Source of the DNA: Eledone cirrhosa
Taxonomy: Eukaryota
Length of the DNA: 64,000 bases
NCBI GenBank assembly: GCA_964016885.1
Contig: OZ024740.1
Coordinates: forward strand, 326,182,001-326,246,000
Direction: 5' to 3'
Shown here: piece after piece, positions 1 through 12,814 of the stretch
Position numbering within the stretch: position 1 is the stretch's first letter
Layout of the letters: each line of letters begins with the position of its first letter
The notes under the pieces: model-generated
Seen by the model: only the letters and a program-made list of their open reading frames with translations
Database searches by the model: none
Told to the model about the DNA's origin: nothing
Program-made: the position numbers and the translations under genes

Positions 1-1019
1 ATTTTCTCGCGCGTTAGAAATATTTTTTTTTCAACCTTGTATTGGCACGTGTAGGCAGCATAAATTCTCGATTCACTGAGATGTCTCTACTCACAGACAG
101 CCGCACGCCATTTATCACCAGGGATTCTTCAGCCTTAAGCTATATTCTTCTATTTGCCGGTTTATAAATTTACAATGTAAATTTACCGTTGATAACCGCG
201 CATTTATTAAGAATGCTTATTTCTCTGGTCGCTGGCCTCTTGACCCTTCCAGGTCAACGCATTCTCAACATCGACCATCAACTTCGGCTGCTATTTCTAG
301 CACTTTGCGCAACTCATTTTTTCTAAAAAAAATTTTTTTACTGTGAATTTAAACACCGAATACGCTCACTCAGCGAGACAACAGCAGCAGCAACAGCAAT
401 ACATCAATACAGCTTCACCAAAGCCAGAGAATTCATTTTTGCAGCACTCTTCCTGTGAGAAAATCCATTCGGAGGTTGGAAATTTCACGATATACCACAG
501 AACAGAAACCACCTGTAGTAAGAGTTGTCTCCCCTGCCACGACAATTGAATCGCTGTTCTCTAGACAGGAAGTAGGTGGAGTTGCTTCCCTTTGGGATTG
601 ACCAAACTCCCTAGTGGTCACTTCCGGTCAACAGAGATAAAAGGAGCGATTAACCGCGAAATCTCTCTCTCGCCTCCTGATTCCCGAAGTGGTAACATCT
701 TCGACCATAGCTGGATTCTTTCTGGACGACCCTTTCGTTACCAGCACAATCCAGCTCACCAGCCTGAGATGAGAGCGCCAAGACATTTTCTACCAACTTC
801 ACAATGGCATTATTGCCATCGGGTAACAACCCTTTACCTTATACACCTTTGACTTCTATGAAGTAAAACTTTATCACACACACCAGTACTCTTTGTCTTT
901 TATATTATGTTGCATGTGCACCGATATCTATTTCCTAAAGTGGCGTTCCGGTCGGAGAGTCCACTGGCCCAAAAAGTTCTGCCAAACTATTTTTATATGA
1001 ACTGGCCATTGGAGCCTTA

Positions 1020-1050
<31 letters not shown>

Positions 1051-2203
1051 TGTTTTTGCTGTTCTTATTTATTTGATTTATTGTATTGCAATGTACCTCT
1101 CATGACCATTTCACTGGATGTATATATATGTTTTTTCGTTTCCTTTTACAATGAACATTTTAAGCTACATTCTTCTCTTTGCCGGTTTATAAGTTTGCAA
1201 TGTAAATTTACCGTTGATAACCGCGCATTTAGTAAGAATGCTTATTTCTCTGGTCGCTGGCCTCTGGACCCTTCCAGATCAACGCATTCTCAACATCGAC
1301 CATCAACTTCGGCTGCTATTTCTAGCACTTTGCGCAACTCATTTTTTTCTAAAAAAAAATTTTTTTACTGTGAATTTAAACACCGTATACGCTCACTCAG
1401 CGAGACAACAGCAGCAGCAACAGCAATACATCAATACAGCTTCACCAAAGCCAGAGAATTTATTTTTGCAGCACTCTTCCTGTGAGAAAATCCATTCGGA
1501 GGTTGGAAATTTCACGATATACCACAGAACAGAAACCACCTGCATTCATTCTCTGGAACACTTTCTTTCCAGCTGTCATGTGATTGCACACCTGTGAACT
1601 ATATTTTGAACTTTGAGCTCTTCTATTACTTTTACTTTATTACATTGTATCTTTGGGTGATGGATAGATGGATGTCCAGTCGTTCTCTGGCCAAGAGCGG
1701 TTGGCTACCTTGATATCTATCATTGATTTTTCCAAACATTCTTTTGTCGTAATTTTCATGCCTGTTACAACATTCTCGCCAACTTGCTACATATTTTCAT
1801 TTCGATTTTTATACACTAAAATTCTGGCGGGAGGTTATGTAGCGGTTGTCTCCCTTGTTTTGATTAGGATCTAGACGGGAAGTGGAACCCTTTCTGCGAC
1901 TTCCGGTCAGAGCCCTATAAAACTGGCGGCTTTGAGCTTCCTCTCTCTCTTTGCCTTTTCGGCACCAGGTCAAGAGTCTTCTCATTTGGCTCTGCCATTA
2001 ATTTGGCCAACAGGCGCCTGGCTAAGGCCAGGCGCCCTCTGCCAGCCGCGTTTGCCTGGCAATCAAAACGGTAACTACTAACTTTGGTTCATTCTAACAT
2101 CTATCTTTGACATGTCAAGTATTCTATCTACCGTTAATTAAATATTATATACACAAACATTGTCTCGTTTTGTTACATTCATACAACCAGTAATCCCGCT
2201 ATA
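1..2203 (+). mobile_element. Non-autonomous LTR retroelement (5'-truncated by window edge), composite; 3' LTR at 1838-2203
   Basis: Reverse complement of the internal region and LTR of the element at 39058-40979. Purine tract GGCGGGAGGTTA precedes LTR start TGTAGCGG (1838); LTR ends CGCTATA (2203). Internal segment ~140-513 is repeated at ~1165-1540. Confidence 0.8.
514..904 (+). mobile_element. Related but divergent LTR (second subfamily) embedded in the internal region
   Basis: Starts TGTAG..GTTGTCTCCC. Shares CTAGAC.GGAAGT, ACTTCCGGTCA, an ATAAAA box and a terminal ACCAGTA..TATA with the LTR at 1838-2203. Confidence 0.6.
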
Positions 2204-2207
2204 TACA

Positions 2208-2462
2208 CCTGTCTAGTGGGTCCGGGTATGATTTTACATTCATTTAAATTATTGACGTATTGTTTTATTGATATTTTTTATCTGTTTGTCCCGAATCTTC
2301 CTCTATCGATTTTAAATCGTATGGTTGATTGTAGACTTGTTCTATATGTGACGGTATTTTAACGATAGTTATAGCTCTGATTCATCTGAATTATTGAGCC
2401 CTCTGCCGCTCATATCGAATCTCGTTTATCGTGAACTCGTGCGCCGATTTTTCGATACTCGA
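2208..2462 (-). mobile_element. Repeat fragment, inverted copy of 26820-27070 (probable Penelope-like terminal segment)
   Basis: TTTATCGTGAACTCGTGCGCCGATTTTTCGATACTCGA is the reverse complement of the motif at 26820-26858 and 27430-27467. Confidence 0.55.
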
Positions 2463-2679
2463 TCTTTCTAATAAACTAATAAAAGGATATAGAAGATTAG
2501 AAAAAAAAGGAAGGGAGAGGAAAAAGGAAAAAGAAGGAGAAGGTAACGGAGGAAAAATTTAAGAAGGAGGGAGGAGAGAGAGATAGACATTTAAACTGGA
2601 AACGGTGTCAAAACTGAAAAACAACTGAATAACGGCTGAAAAAAATATATACGGCTACGAAATAAATAAATAAATAAAT

Positions 2680-3600
2680 TGATGAGCTTTACGATTGATG
2701 ATGTTTATGATTACAGATATAGAAACTAGGTATATTTTTATTTAGGGTTTATATACTAAAAGATTTATTAAGAGGTGTGAAAATGTATTATTAAAATAAA
2801 ATAAAATAAAATAAAATAAGATAAAATAAAGTAAAATAAAACTAAATGATGTATAAGCGTAGAAGACAATATAATGTTCTAGGTGGTTTAAATAGAATGT
2901 AATTGAAAAAATATTTCTGTGAAAAAGAATATATGTGTAGAAGAAAATAAATAAGGGTAGTCCAATAATGTCAAAAATTAAAAGTTTACTATTAAAAATT
3001 ATAGATTATATATAAAAATTAAAGATTATATATAAAAAAATTTATTATAGATTATATATAAAAGAAATTATATATGTGGGAAAACTATTTAAGTATTTAA
3101 ATATTAATTTAATCCACAAGTAAATAAAGGAAAATGTTATAATTATTTAAGCGTAGAAAGACCGAAGAAAAAACGAAGAAGAAAAACATATGACGTCATA
3201 ATTTGTTTACAAAATCAACGAATGTTTATACTGATTAAATTGATGTGATAAATGGGGAAAGTGAGCGGTTTAAAAAAAAATAATAATGAGAAAAAATAAT
3301 ATAAAGAAACATTAAATATGAACTATTTAAATAATATTTTGTATCACCAAGTAGATAAAGGAATTTGCTAGAGTGATTTAAAAAGTAGAGGACCATATAA
3401 CATCATAGTATGTTTAAAACTTTGTAGAATGTACTGGAATATGCGAGAAAAAAGGTAACCCACTCGATATGCAAATTGGGCTACTCAGTCGTTAATATGC
3501 ATAAGGAAAGTTTATACTTTCAGACGTTCAATCATCTGGCAGGAAGGTATACGTTGCTGACGATAGCTAATAAGCTTGAAACTAGTACAGCGTTCCTTTG
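2680..3600 (+). mobile_element. Highly eroded Penelope-like element remnant ending in a hammerhead ribozyme
   Basis: Purine/A-rich decayed coding-like DNA with residual peptides LMSFTIDDVY (RT motif A-like), KGSPIM and IIYVGKT (GIY-YIG YIG-like), followed by a minimal hammerhead at 3551-3593. Confidence 0.4.
3551..3593 (+). ncRNA. Minimal type I hammerhead ribozyme
   Basis: ACGTTG-CTGACGA-T-AGCT-AATA-AGCT-T-GAA-ACTAGT-A-CAGCGT: stem I ACGTTG/CAGCGT, core CUGACGA...GAAA, palindromic stem III ACTAGT, GUA cleavage triplet. Confidence 0.8.
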
Positions 3601-4167
3601 TCAGTGTTGAACAAGCGGACAACGATGGTTGCTAGACACTACGGCTTAATACGGGATGTTTGTTTACAAACACACCGAGCATTGTAATAAATGTTCGGTG
3701 AATCCATACGTACATATATATATATATATATATGTGTGCATGTATGTATATACATATACATACTGCTGTGCGTCTGTATACATATATGTATATACGTATA
3801 CATACTTATATTTAAGTAACAGCCGAACTAAGAGTGGGAAATGAAATTTTTTCCATAACTCTAGTTAATATATATATATTAAATTAATAAACATTAGAGT
3901 TATCTTTTCCTTTAATAAAAGCTTGTTTACGTTTCACCTATACAAGACATTCAAACTTTACATACATGTTTAAATTTATATATATATATCTAACCCTATA
4001 CAATAATAGATTATACATAATATTATACATCTTCTCTATAAAAATATAATTATTTTCACATTCTTAAGCTATATATAGAAAATGCATATATATCTTCGCT
4101 CGGCATATCCTACCTGTTTTCATCTATATTCACGCATAACTATTTATGTACTAAATACATGTTTTAA

Positions 4168-4347
4168 TAACTGTTTCTACTTTTGGCACAAGGCCAACAA
4201 TGAGTAGTACATTACTGGTACTTTATTTTATCGACCCCATAAAAATGAAAGCAAAGTTAACCTCGACGGGATTTGAACTCAGATCGTAAAGGGACGTAAC
4301 TATGCTGGAAAGCATGGCGTCCGACTCTCTACCAATACTGCCATCCA
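4168..4347 (-). mobile_element. tRNA-derived SINE (abundant octopus-type family)
   Basis: Minus strand carries B-box-like GAGTTCAAATC, then GGGGTCGATAAAATAAAGTACCAGT and a 3' end GGCCTTGTGCC..AGTAGAAAC. Related copies at 17772-17973 and 49265-49465; fragments at 27645 and 53010. Confidence 0.7.
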
Positions 4348-5011
4348 ATAATCTCTTATACTACAATACACTATATTCATAACTGAAATATTGAAATACA
4401 CCCGTAAAATACATACAATAGTATATATAAATACAGGGTATCTTTCACATATTAAATTAATAGTTCTCATTTTAATACATTAATTTATAGTTCTCACCTT
4501 AAATACTTCCACATTATAAAATTAAATAAATAAAAATAAATATAATTATTTCATTCTTTCTATACCCATGTAAATATGTTTGGATGTATATAAGCATATT
4601 TCTATAAATATTCTGAAAGTAACTTTAAATATTTTTTTCTTCAATTTTAATAGCAAACCTCTTTTAAAATACAATTTAGATAAATATTTAAAATTTATCT
4701 AGTGTCTAAACTTAACGGTCCTTTTCAGTTTTAACGTTATCCTCATTAGCATATTTAGCCTGAGTTTTGAATATTTATTCACTATCCACAATGAGCTCAT
4801 AATATTAAGTTCATAAACCAAATATTGTATTTTATCTGATGAAAGTGTACAATAATATTGGTACCCTTGAAATATGTATATCAAAATAAATATGGTTTTA
4901 TAAAAATATTTTCCATTTATTAATATTAATTATACTCCAGAAAAATTCTATTGAGTGCTTCTAAACTGTTGAATAATCAACAAAACAAATAACTCATTAT
5001 TTTTATATATA

Positions 5012-5043
<32 letters not shown>

Positions 5044-5478
5044 AGATGACCCCTTAGCCTTTGTCAAGGCAGAATTCTAGGAGAAGGAAAACTCTGATAT
5101 AACACCTGCAACCCTGATGGTGTCCAATGATGTTGACTTGTTCTTCTTTTTGGTAAATATCATCTTGGTTAAGAGAGTGGGACTGGCTTTGTGCAGTGCC
5201 TTTGCTCACTATAAAAGTTTCACGGCACAGGCATTGCTTTATATCTGGAGATTTCTCTGCACTTGTCGTCACATGGTACCATGGGCCCAGCACTATGTGT
5301 CAATAATTGTCACAAGTGTAGTGTTTGTACCAGCGTTTTCAAGTCGCTGGCTGGACTAAATAGTTACACTCGTTCAACGCATCGGTAGGGGTTCTCCTAC
5401 ATGGATATAAAGTAGTGGCCGCACTCGAAAACGAGTTGGCAGCCACCATGTATGTATGTATGTATGTATGTATGTATG

Positions 5479-5551
<73 letters not shown>

Positions 5552-6064
5552 AAATCTTCTCTCAGCAGGGCAGGGCTAGACATAGTTATTCAACATCAAC
5601 ATCAATGGATATTGCAAACTGGAAAGAGATAAGAATGACAGGTGTAAAATTGGTCAGCTGGAATTTGCAGACGACATGGGGTTACTTAACTAAACAGAAG
5701 GTGATCCCTGAATTGCACTAGATAGGTTTGATGCCAAGTGCGGCAGTGCCATGGCTGGAATGAAAATCAGTGCTGCGAAAACTGAGACACTTGTCTTCTC
5801 AAGGAATCCTACGCAGTGAACTCTACATGTGGAGTTCCATTGAAGCAGGTGGAGAAGTTCAGGTATCTTGGGGCAAGATTTGCATTGAATGGTTTTGTTT
5901 TAGTACCATTTATTCAAACACAAATACTGAGGCATTCAGGGCAACAAAATCCCATACTCCTGCAGAACCTTCCACAACAGGTCCCTAGGAATGCGGTCAC
6001 ATGCCTTTTCAAGGTATAAAAGAGAAGAAGATACCTCTTGGCAATACACTTCTATATTCTATAT

Positions 6065-6101
<37 letters not shown>

Positions 6102-6859
6102 CTATATATATATATATATTACATGACTATTTTTCAATAATCTTATATTTCATGTGAAATAGCTTATTCTAAATATGGATGTGATTTGATCAAAAATAAT
6201 ATTAATTTATTATGAATGGCAGAGCTTGAATGAAATCAATATTTAGTTAATGGCATGATTTTGTCCGTCTTTTCTTACATATCGCTAGTACGCATGATCA
6301 ACCGAATATTAATGTCAGTATACATCAGTAGTTGTTTTGATTTGAATCACACTGATCCTTAGAATATTTCATTTAGTATGAAACACAAAATTATATTTAT
6401 CTTCTATAATAGCAAATTCCAACAACCCTTGTCTATATAAAATATAAATATATATATAGACCACACGGATATACTTCATGTTTTGAGTAAACAATTGTAA
6501 TTAATAAATTGAATGAAAGGAAAAATGTAATAAAATACGTAAATTCTAAATATAGAAGTCATTTACAGAAAGAATTTAAATTTGATAATTTTTAGATTGT
6601 AAAACAAATAGAACTATGTTAGTAGAGTGGGTGTTCTCTAGCATAGCTGAGATATACTACGCAGACGAGAGTGTAGGGTCTGCCGCTCACTCCCTTGTTT
6701 TCCTTAAATTTCACTCTTTTTTCTCTATTTTTTTATAGCAAGCATTATAGAATTCAATTGAAATTTGTTAAATGTATTTACAGATAAAAACGAAGTAAAG
6801 CAACTTTGAATTAAATTTTATAAAATTAAATTTTATAAAACAATATTTTACTTTGTTTC

Positions 6860-8340
6860 AAGGTCTATGTAGCAAACATACCTCTTGCTATGAATCAAAC
6901 ATACACCTCTTGGCAGTACTCACTCGATTTCTCAAAGATCTGTTGCAGTGTGAATAAATTATTGGTTGTGCTGCATCTGGGGCAAAAACCACACTGTTCA
7001 TCAGCTAATTTAGACTTGATACTGTCCCTAGATCTCTTTTCCAGATACTTAGCACACACGAGTCAGCCAAAGTCTATTTAAGGCTTTTAACATCTCAGGC
7101 CAAATTTCGTCCTCACCTGCTATCTTACGACATTTGAGCTCTTGTGCAGCCTCTGAGAGATTAGTCATCTCTCCCAGATGCACCTCGTGTACATCAGAAG
7201 ATGCTGTTGTGACTGGGTTCAAGACATCAGCTAAGTATTCTCTCCACTTTGCGAAGATGCATCTTTCTGAAGAGAAGAGAACCCCAATCACTTTGCTGAT
7301 AGCAAGTGTGGAGGAGGACTTCTTATTACGAAGTCGACAGATATCTGCCAGAACATTTTATTTGCTGATCTGAAGTAATATTCCAACTTAACCACAAAGT
7401 CCTCTCATGTCTTAACTTTGGATGCTTTTACTGTCTCTGCTGTGACTTTTTGTACCTGCTTGTACCGCAAATGAAAGAAGGACTTATTTCTAAGCCAAAC
7501 TTTGTAGACATCGTTCTTTGATCTCTTGATTGTACCAAGGGATCCTCCTGCCACCTGGCACCACACCAAGCTGTATTAAGCAGCATTTAACAGCTGAAGC
7601 AAAAACTGCTGATTTAAACAGTCTAACACTGTTTCAACATCATCAGTTTGCTCAGGGAATTTTCTGAATTTGAATGCAATTGTATCTGTATACCTTTTCT
7701 TGACTTCCTTATCCGCCTAAGCTTCCCACTTTATCCTGTAGGTCGACCTGGACCTGTCAGTTTTGTGGGCTTCCTTGGATTTAGGTAATCTCAACATGAA
7801 CATCCTGCACTGAAATGACAATAACAAAATCAGTTATTGATCTTTGTCCCCAATTCCCCAAATACCATGTATATTTATGGATGTCTTTGTGCTGGAAGAA
7901 GGTGTTCATAATAGAGAGCCCATTACTAGAACAGAAATCTTATATGGCTTCTCCATTTATATTTAGATTGGGATCGTCATTCCTACCAATCACTCCTTTC
8001 CATGTCTTGTGGGCAATTGTCAACGTGTGCATTAAAGTCTCTCATTAGGACATCAGACTCAGTCATAACTTCAACTAACCCTGCAGTGCCTTCCTCCAGT
8101 AAGGAGGGGATTGTAAGTATCCCCACTGCCACCTGTGCAGTCATCTCTGGCGCCACACCTGAATGTGGAGTTACTGGTACCTGTAAGTATAGTTGCTGAA
8201 ATAAGAACAGGCTGGAAAAATTTAAAAGAACTAATATTTCTGGTGACATCAAAGGACTGACTGAGTGAAACCTTCCTCCAACCCATACAAACATGGAAAA
8301 GTAGAGGTAAAAAGATGATAGTGATGTTTTACAACATATA
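6860..8340 (-). mobile_element. Degraded RTE-type LINE fragments (APE/RT), duplicated at 36955-38420
   Basis: Minus-strand peptides VLMRDFNAHV (APE GDFNAHVG-like), KWREYLADVLN and KIAGEDEIxPEMLKA, interrupted by many stops. Confidence 0.7.
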
Positions 8341-8382
8341 TAATGTTTCATAATCTAATGGTGTAGCTATAGTTCAATACAT

Positions 8383-8730
8383 ATCATCATCATCATCATC
8401 ATTTCATTTTACGTCCGCTTTTCCCTGCTTGCAAGGGTGGGACAGGAACTGATTCTGGCTTGATTTCTACAGCTGGATGCCCTTCCTAACACCAACCTCA
8501 TTTACAGTGAGTGCTGGGTGTTTTTTAGCTGTGGCACCTCAACGACCACTTTGTAGTGGAAAGATATGTACCCCAGTCCCTATCATCTCATTTCTACAGC
8601 TGAGTAAACTTGAGCAATGTGAAATAAAGTGTCTTGCTCAAGGAAACAACACATCACCTCGTCTGAGAATTGAACTCACAACCTTTCGATTGCAAGGCCA
8701 ATGCTCTAACCACTAAGCCATGTGCCTCCA
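8383..8730 (-). mobile_element. tRNA-derived SINE with RTE-derived 3' end and (GAT)n tail
   Basis: Minus strand: A-box TGGCTTAGTGG, B-box GAGTTCAATTC, CORE-like GTTTCCTTGAGCAAGACACTT. 3' part matches the RTE 3'UTR at 35207-35357. Confidence 0.85.
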
Positions 8731-8912
8731 TCTATATATATAATATTACACATCTGATGGTGGTGTAGTTTAATACGTGATTTTTTTTCATTGTTTCAGA
8801 ATCTCAGCAGACAATGGCATTAAAGGCTTATTTACATTAGATACATCATCAATATTTTTTATCTTTTAAAGACTAAAGGAAGACATTATACAGAACAGAT
8901 ATAAAAAAAAGA

Positions 8913-10253
8913 ATGAAAAAAGAATTATGGGAAAAACAGGTTGAGATTAAGACAGAGCCTGAAAGCAATGATTTTTCGAGTGAAGTATTGAAAGAGACAA
9001 GAAAGACATTATATCCTTGTGATATCTATAATAAATCATTCTCTAAAAAATATCAACTAACTTCTCACAAACCTATTCATACAGGAGAAAAGCCATATCA
9101 CTGTGATATCTGTGGTAAATCATTCTATCAGAAACAAAGCTTAACTCTACATAAATATATTCATACAGGAGAGAAACCATATCACTGTGATATTTGTGGT
9201 AAATCATTTCTTCAAGGAAGGGTCTTAATTAGACACAAGCGTATCCACACTTGAAAGAAGCCATATCAGTGTGAAATCTCTGGCAAATCATTTTATGGAA
9301 GAGGACACTTAACTATAACAAACGTGTTCATACAGGGGAGAAGCCTTATCACTGTGATATTTTTGATAAATCATTCCCTAATAGAAGTCAGTTAAATAGC
9401 CACCAAAGCATTCACACAGGGAAGAAGCCCTATCATTGTGTTATCTGTGGTAAATTTTTCTCTGCAAAAGTTAACTTGTCATTTCACCAAAGTATTCATA
9501 CAGGCATAAAACCACATTGTTGTTATATCTGTAGTAGATCATTCTGTGGAAAAGAAAGCTTAACTAAACACAAACAATGGCATGCAGGACAATGACATAT
9601 CTGTGACATCTGTGGTAAATCATTCTTTGACAGTCATGTATTAATTAAGCACAAACATATTCATACTGGAGGGAAGCCATATCACTGTGATGACTGTGGT
9701 AAATCATTTTCTCAAAATGATTCATTAACTAGACACAAACGCCTTCATGCAGGCAAAAAACCATATCTTTGTAATATCTGTAGCAAATCATTCTCTAAAA
9801 ATGAAGCCTGAACTAATCACAAGCATCTTCATACAGGAGAGAAGCCATATCACTGTAACATTTGTGATAAATCATTCTTTCATAATGGTGACTTAACGTC
9901 TCACAACCATGTTCATACAAGAGATAAGTTGTATTTCTGTGATATCTGTGGTCAATCATTCTCTCATAAAAATTCCTTAACTAGACACAAACGCACTCAT
10001 ACAGGTGAGAAGCCATATCGTTGTGATATCTGTGGTAACTCTTTCACTGATAGTAGTCCCTTAACAAATCACATGCGCACACATACGGGAGAGAAGCCTT
10101 ATCCCTGTGACATCTGTGGTAAATCTTTCTCTCGAAGTGGTGACTTAACTTTACACATACGTACACATACTGGAGAGAAACCTTATCATTGTATAATTTG
10201 TGATAAATAATTCGCTACAAATGGATCCTTAACTTCTCACAAATGTGTTCATA
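8913..10253 (+). pseudogene. C2H2 zinc-finger gene copy A1, disrupted
   Basis: Tandem 84-bp CxxC..HxxxH-TGEKPY units with a stop at 9252-9254, a frameshift near 9318 and further in-frame stops. Candidate splice acceptor TTTCAG at 8794-8799 upstream. Confidence 0.88.
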
Positions 10254-10489
10254 AATTATCTTAACTACTCATATATGTATTGATATAGGAAAGTGACAAT
10301 TCTATTTTAAAAAATATCTTATACAACCATAAATGTATTCACACAGCAAAGAACATACCACAATGTGTGGTAACAACTTTTGAACACAATATTTTTATAA
10401 CCACATTTATCTACATTACTGAAATAACTTATTATGATGCATTTAACAAAATTATTCTTTCACAATTATCCTCATCATCTTTTTACACC

Positions 10490-12810
10490 TGCTATTTCAT
10501 GCTTGCATAGGTTGAATTAGGTCAGGATCAATATTTTGAGATCTGCTATCACAATTTCTGTCCAGTCTTCCTCTATTGCAGATTCTTATCATTAGGAACT
10601 TAACCAACGGTCATCTTCTGTATGCATCACATGTCCATACTAGTGCAGTCTTCACTTTTGCATTCTTCATTTTTATTCCTCCCCATATGTGCATCCTTCA
10701 TTTCTCTCCAACTCTGGCATATCCACTGTATTTACTGTCCATGTTTGACTTCGAGGCAATAACCATATTTTATACTCAGGCATACAGTCAGCCTTCTGAG
10801 AAAAACCTTTTGTTGTAAACAGAGATAGTAACTCCCTAAACGTTTTCAGCTTGTTCTTTTCTACATACCATGTTTTCAGAGCAACTGATTCCACTGCTAA
10901 TTACCTGGGTCAACTAGGTAGCAAAAGCTGTCAACCACTTCTATGGAACTTTCCCTGGATTCGAAACATTTTATTTTTCTGGAGTTGTTATTACTAATTA
11001 CCCCTGTGCATCTTCGATTTGTGAGAGAAGTTGGGAGCTGTTAATGGTGAGAACACCATGCTTTGCTGTTCATGCACATTAGCATTGTATATCCACTGGA
11101 TCATGCTTGCTTCATTTCTCTCCAGCTTTTCTCTGCATTTATGGACCATGTCTTAATGCCATGCAACATTGCACTTTACACAAAAGCCTCATACAACCAG
11201 CCTTTCTTTCGCAGAGAAACTTTTTGTTCTCAATAGAGATAGTAGCTCCCTGAACTTTTTCTGTTCTATTCTTACTCCAGCTACTATGCTCTTAGAGCAC
11301 CCCCTTCTACTGCTAATCAGATCACCTGGGTAGCAGAAGCTATCAACCACTTCTATGGAACCTTCCGGGGATTGGAAAACCTTTATTTTATTGATTCTAT
11401 TTTACCTTTTCTGTTAGTCTGCCTATGATCCCACTAAACCGCTTGTGTATCCAAGATTTATATGGTGTATATTACATATACACTTATTACCTAATCCTTT
11501 TCTACATATCGAGGTTATCTGCAACTGAGGTTGTCTCTAGGAGTTCCTCATAGAAGAGGTCCTTTTGTTCCTTACTTAGTGCTGCTTGTAGCGCTCATTC
11601 TATTGCCTATGACTATTCTGAGCTTGATAATTCTGTCACTTACTCTACCTTGATTACCTTATCTATCTACTTCTTATCATGCGTAGCACAAACATAAGTG
11701 ATATTAGTCCTGTATATGCAGTTTGAGTGAATCTTATATTCTGTGCTGTCAGTTTTTGGCCAAGATTTTCTGGCTGGATCCCCTTCCTATCACCAACCAC
11801 TTTACAGCATGGACTGGGTGTATTTCATCAATCCACAGGCACTAGAGTGGTTGTCTGGCTGAACTGAAAAGTCCTCTCTACTCTATATCAGATTTTAACT
11901 GCCCACTTAGATGGGCTGTCTTCACTAAGGCTTGCAGAGCTCATATCTACCCTTGGTAGTCTTTTTTATTTTGAATGACTTCTCTCTTAGATGGACTAAT
12001 GGAAGGGAAAAAAATCTTTTTCCTTGCCCACGTATTTCTGGGATTGTTGTAGGGTAGAGTCCTCAACAAACCTTCCAGATAGTTCTAACAGAAGCAATAA
12101 TCTCCAAATGATACGGCTGGATCCTTAAGCAAGATGAACCAAGCTCATGGGTGTTATCCAACCATCTTGCTCGTGGTCTATCCTTTGTTCTCAAGCCAGT
12201 AATACTGGAGCTTTGATCTCTTGATTCGGAGGAGTAACAGCTCTACCCTGAGCAACTCAAGTAATGTTACCCCGAAGATCCTTCAGAACAACCCCATTTT
12301 GGCTGCATGTATTCACAATTTTTTGGTCATTACCCAAGATATGTGACCACAGGTAAAAGAAGACACACACACTGAATTGAAGAGGGTGATTTTGACATTT
12401 ATTGCACTGGCTCCTGCAATTCTTGCATTTCATTTAGTCTTCTGCCTTCCACCACTCATGAAAAGGTCTTCTTATACTTGATGTTCTCCACCTACTTCAG
12501 TAGAACTCCACTCACATGTAGAGTGCACTATACAGGTTTCCTTGAAAGGATGAGTGTCTCAGTTTTTGCAGTACTGATTTTATTCTTGTCATGCAGCACT
12601 CAGTTGCAAATATATCCAGTGGATGTCAGAGATCCCTTCCAATGAGTTAAGTAGTGCCAATTCCAGCCAACTGATCCTACACCCGCCAAGCTTGATATCA
12701 CTTCCAACCTGGCTATGCATGTCAATCCTGTTTATGAAAATTATGAACAGGAGAGCTGACAGTACACACATTTGGCAAAATCCGATACCCACATTGAAAG
12801 GTTTTAACTT
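10490..12810 (-). mobile_element. Patchwork of old RTE/LINE fragments
   Basis: Minus-strand remnants such as KTFRELLSLFTTKGFS and GFCQMCVLSALLFIIFI (RT motif B-like QGxxLSPLLF), plus RTE 3'UTR motif GGATxCCCTTCCTA. Confidence 0.6.
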
Positions 12811-12814
12811 AGCA

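Noticed and set aside
343-1597. Poly-Q ORFs (68, 127, 192 aa)
   Set aside because: They come from a CAG/CAA-rich tract in the LTR interior, have no gag/pol motifs, and the tract differs in the 39058 copy.
5374-5721. YI/YV-repeat ORFs
   Set aside because: Translations of (TA)n/(TATG)n microsatellites.
8655-8730. tRNA gene on minus strand
   Set aside because: A and B boxes are present, but it is the head of a multi-copy SINE with no proper acceptor stem.
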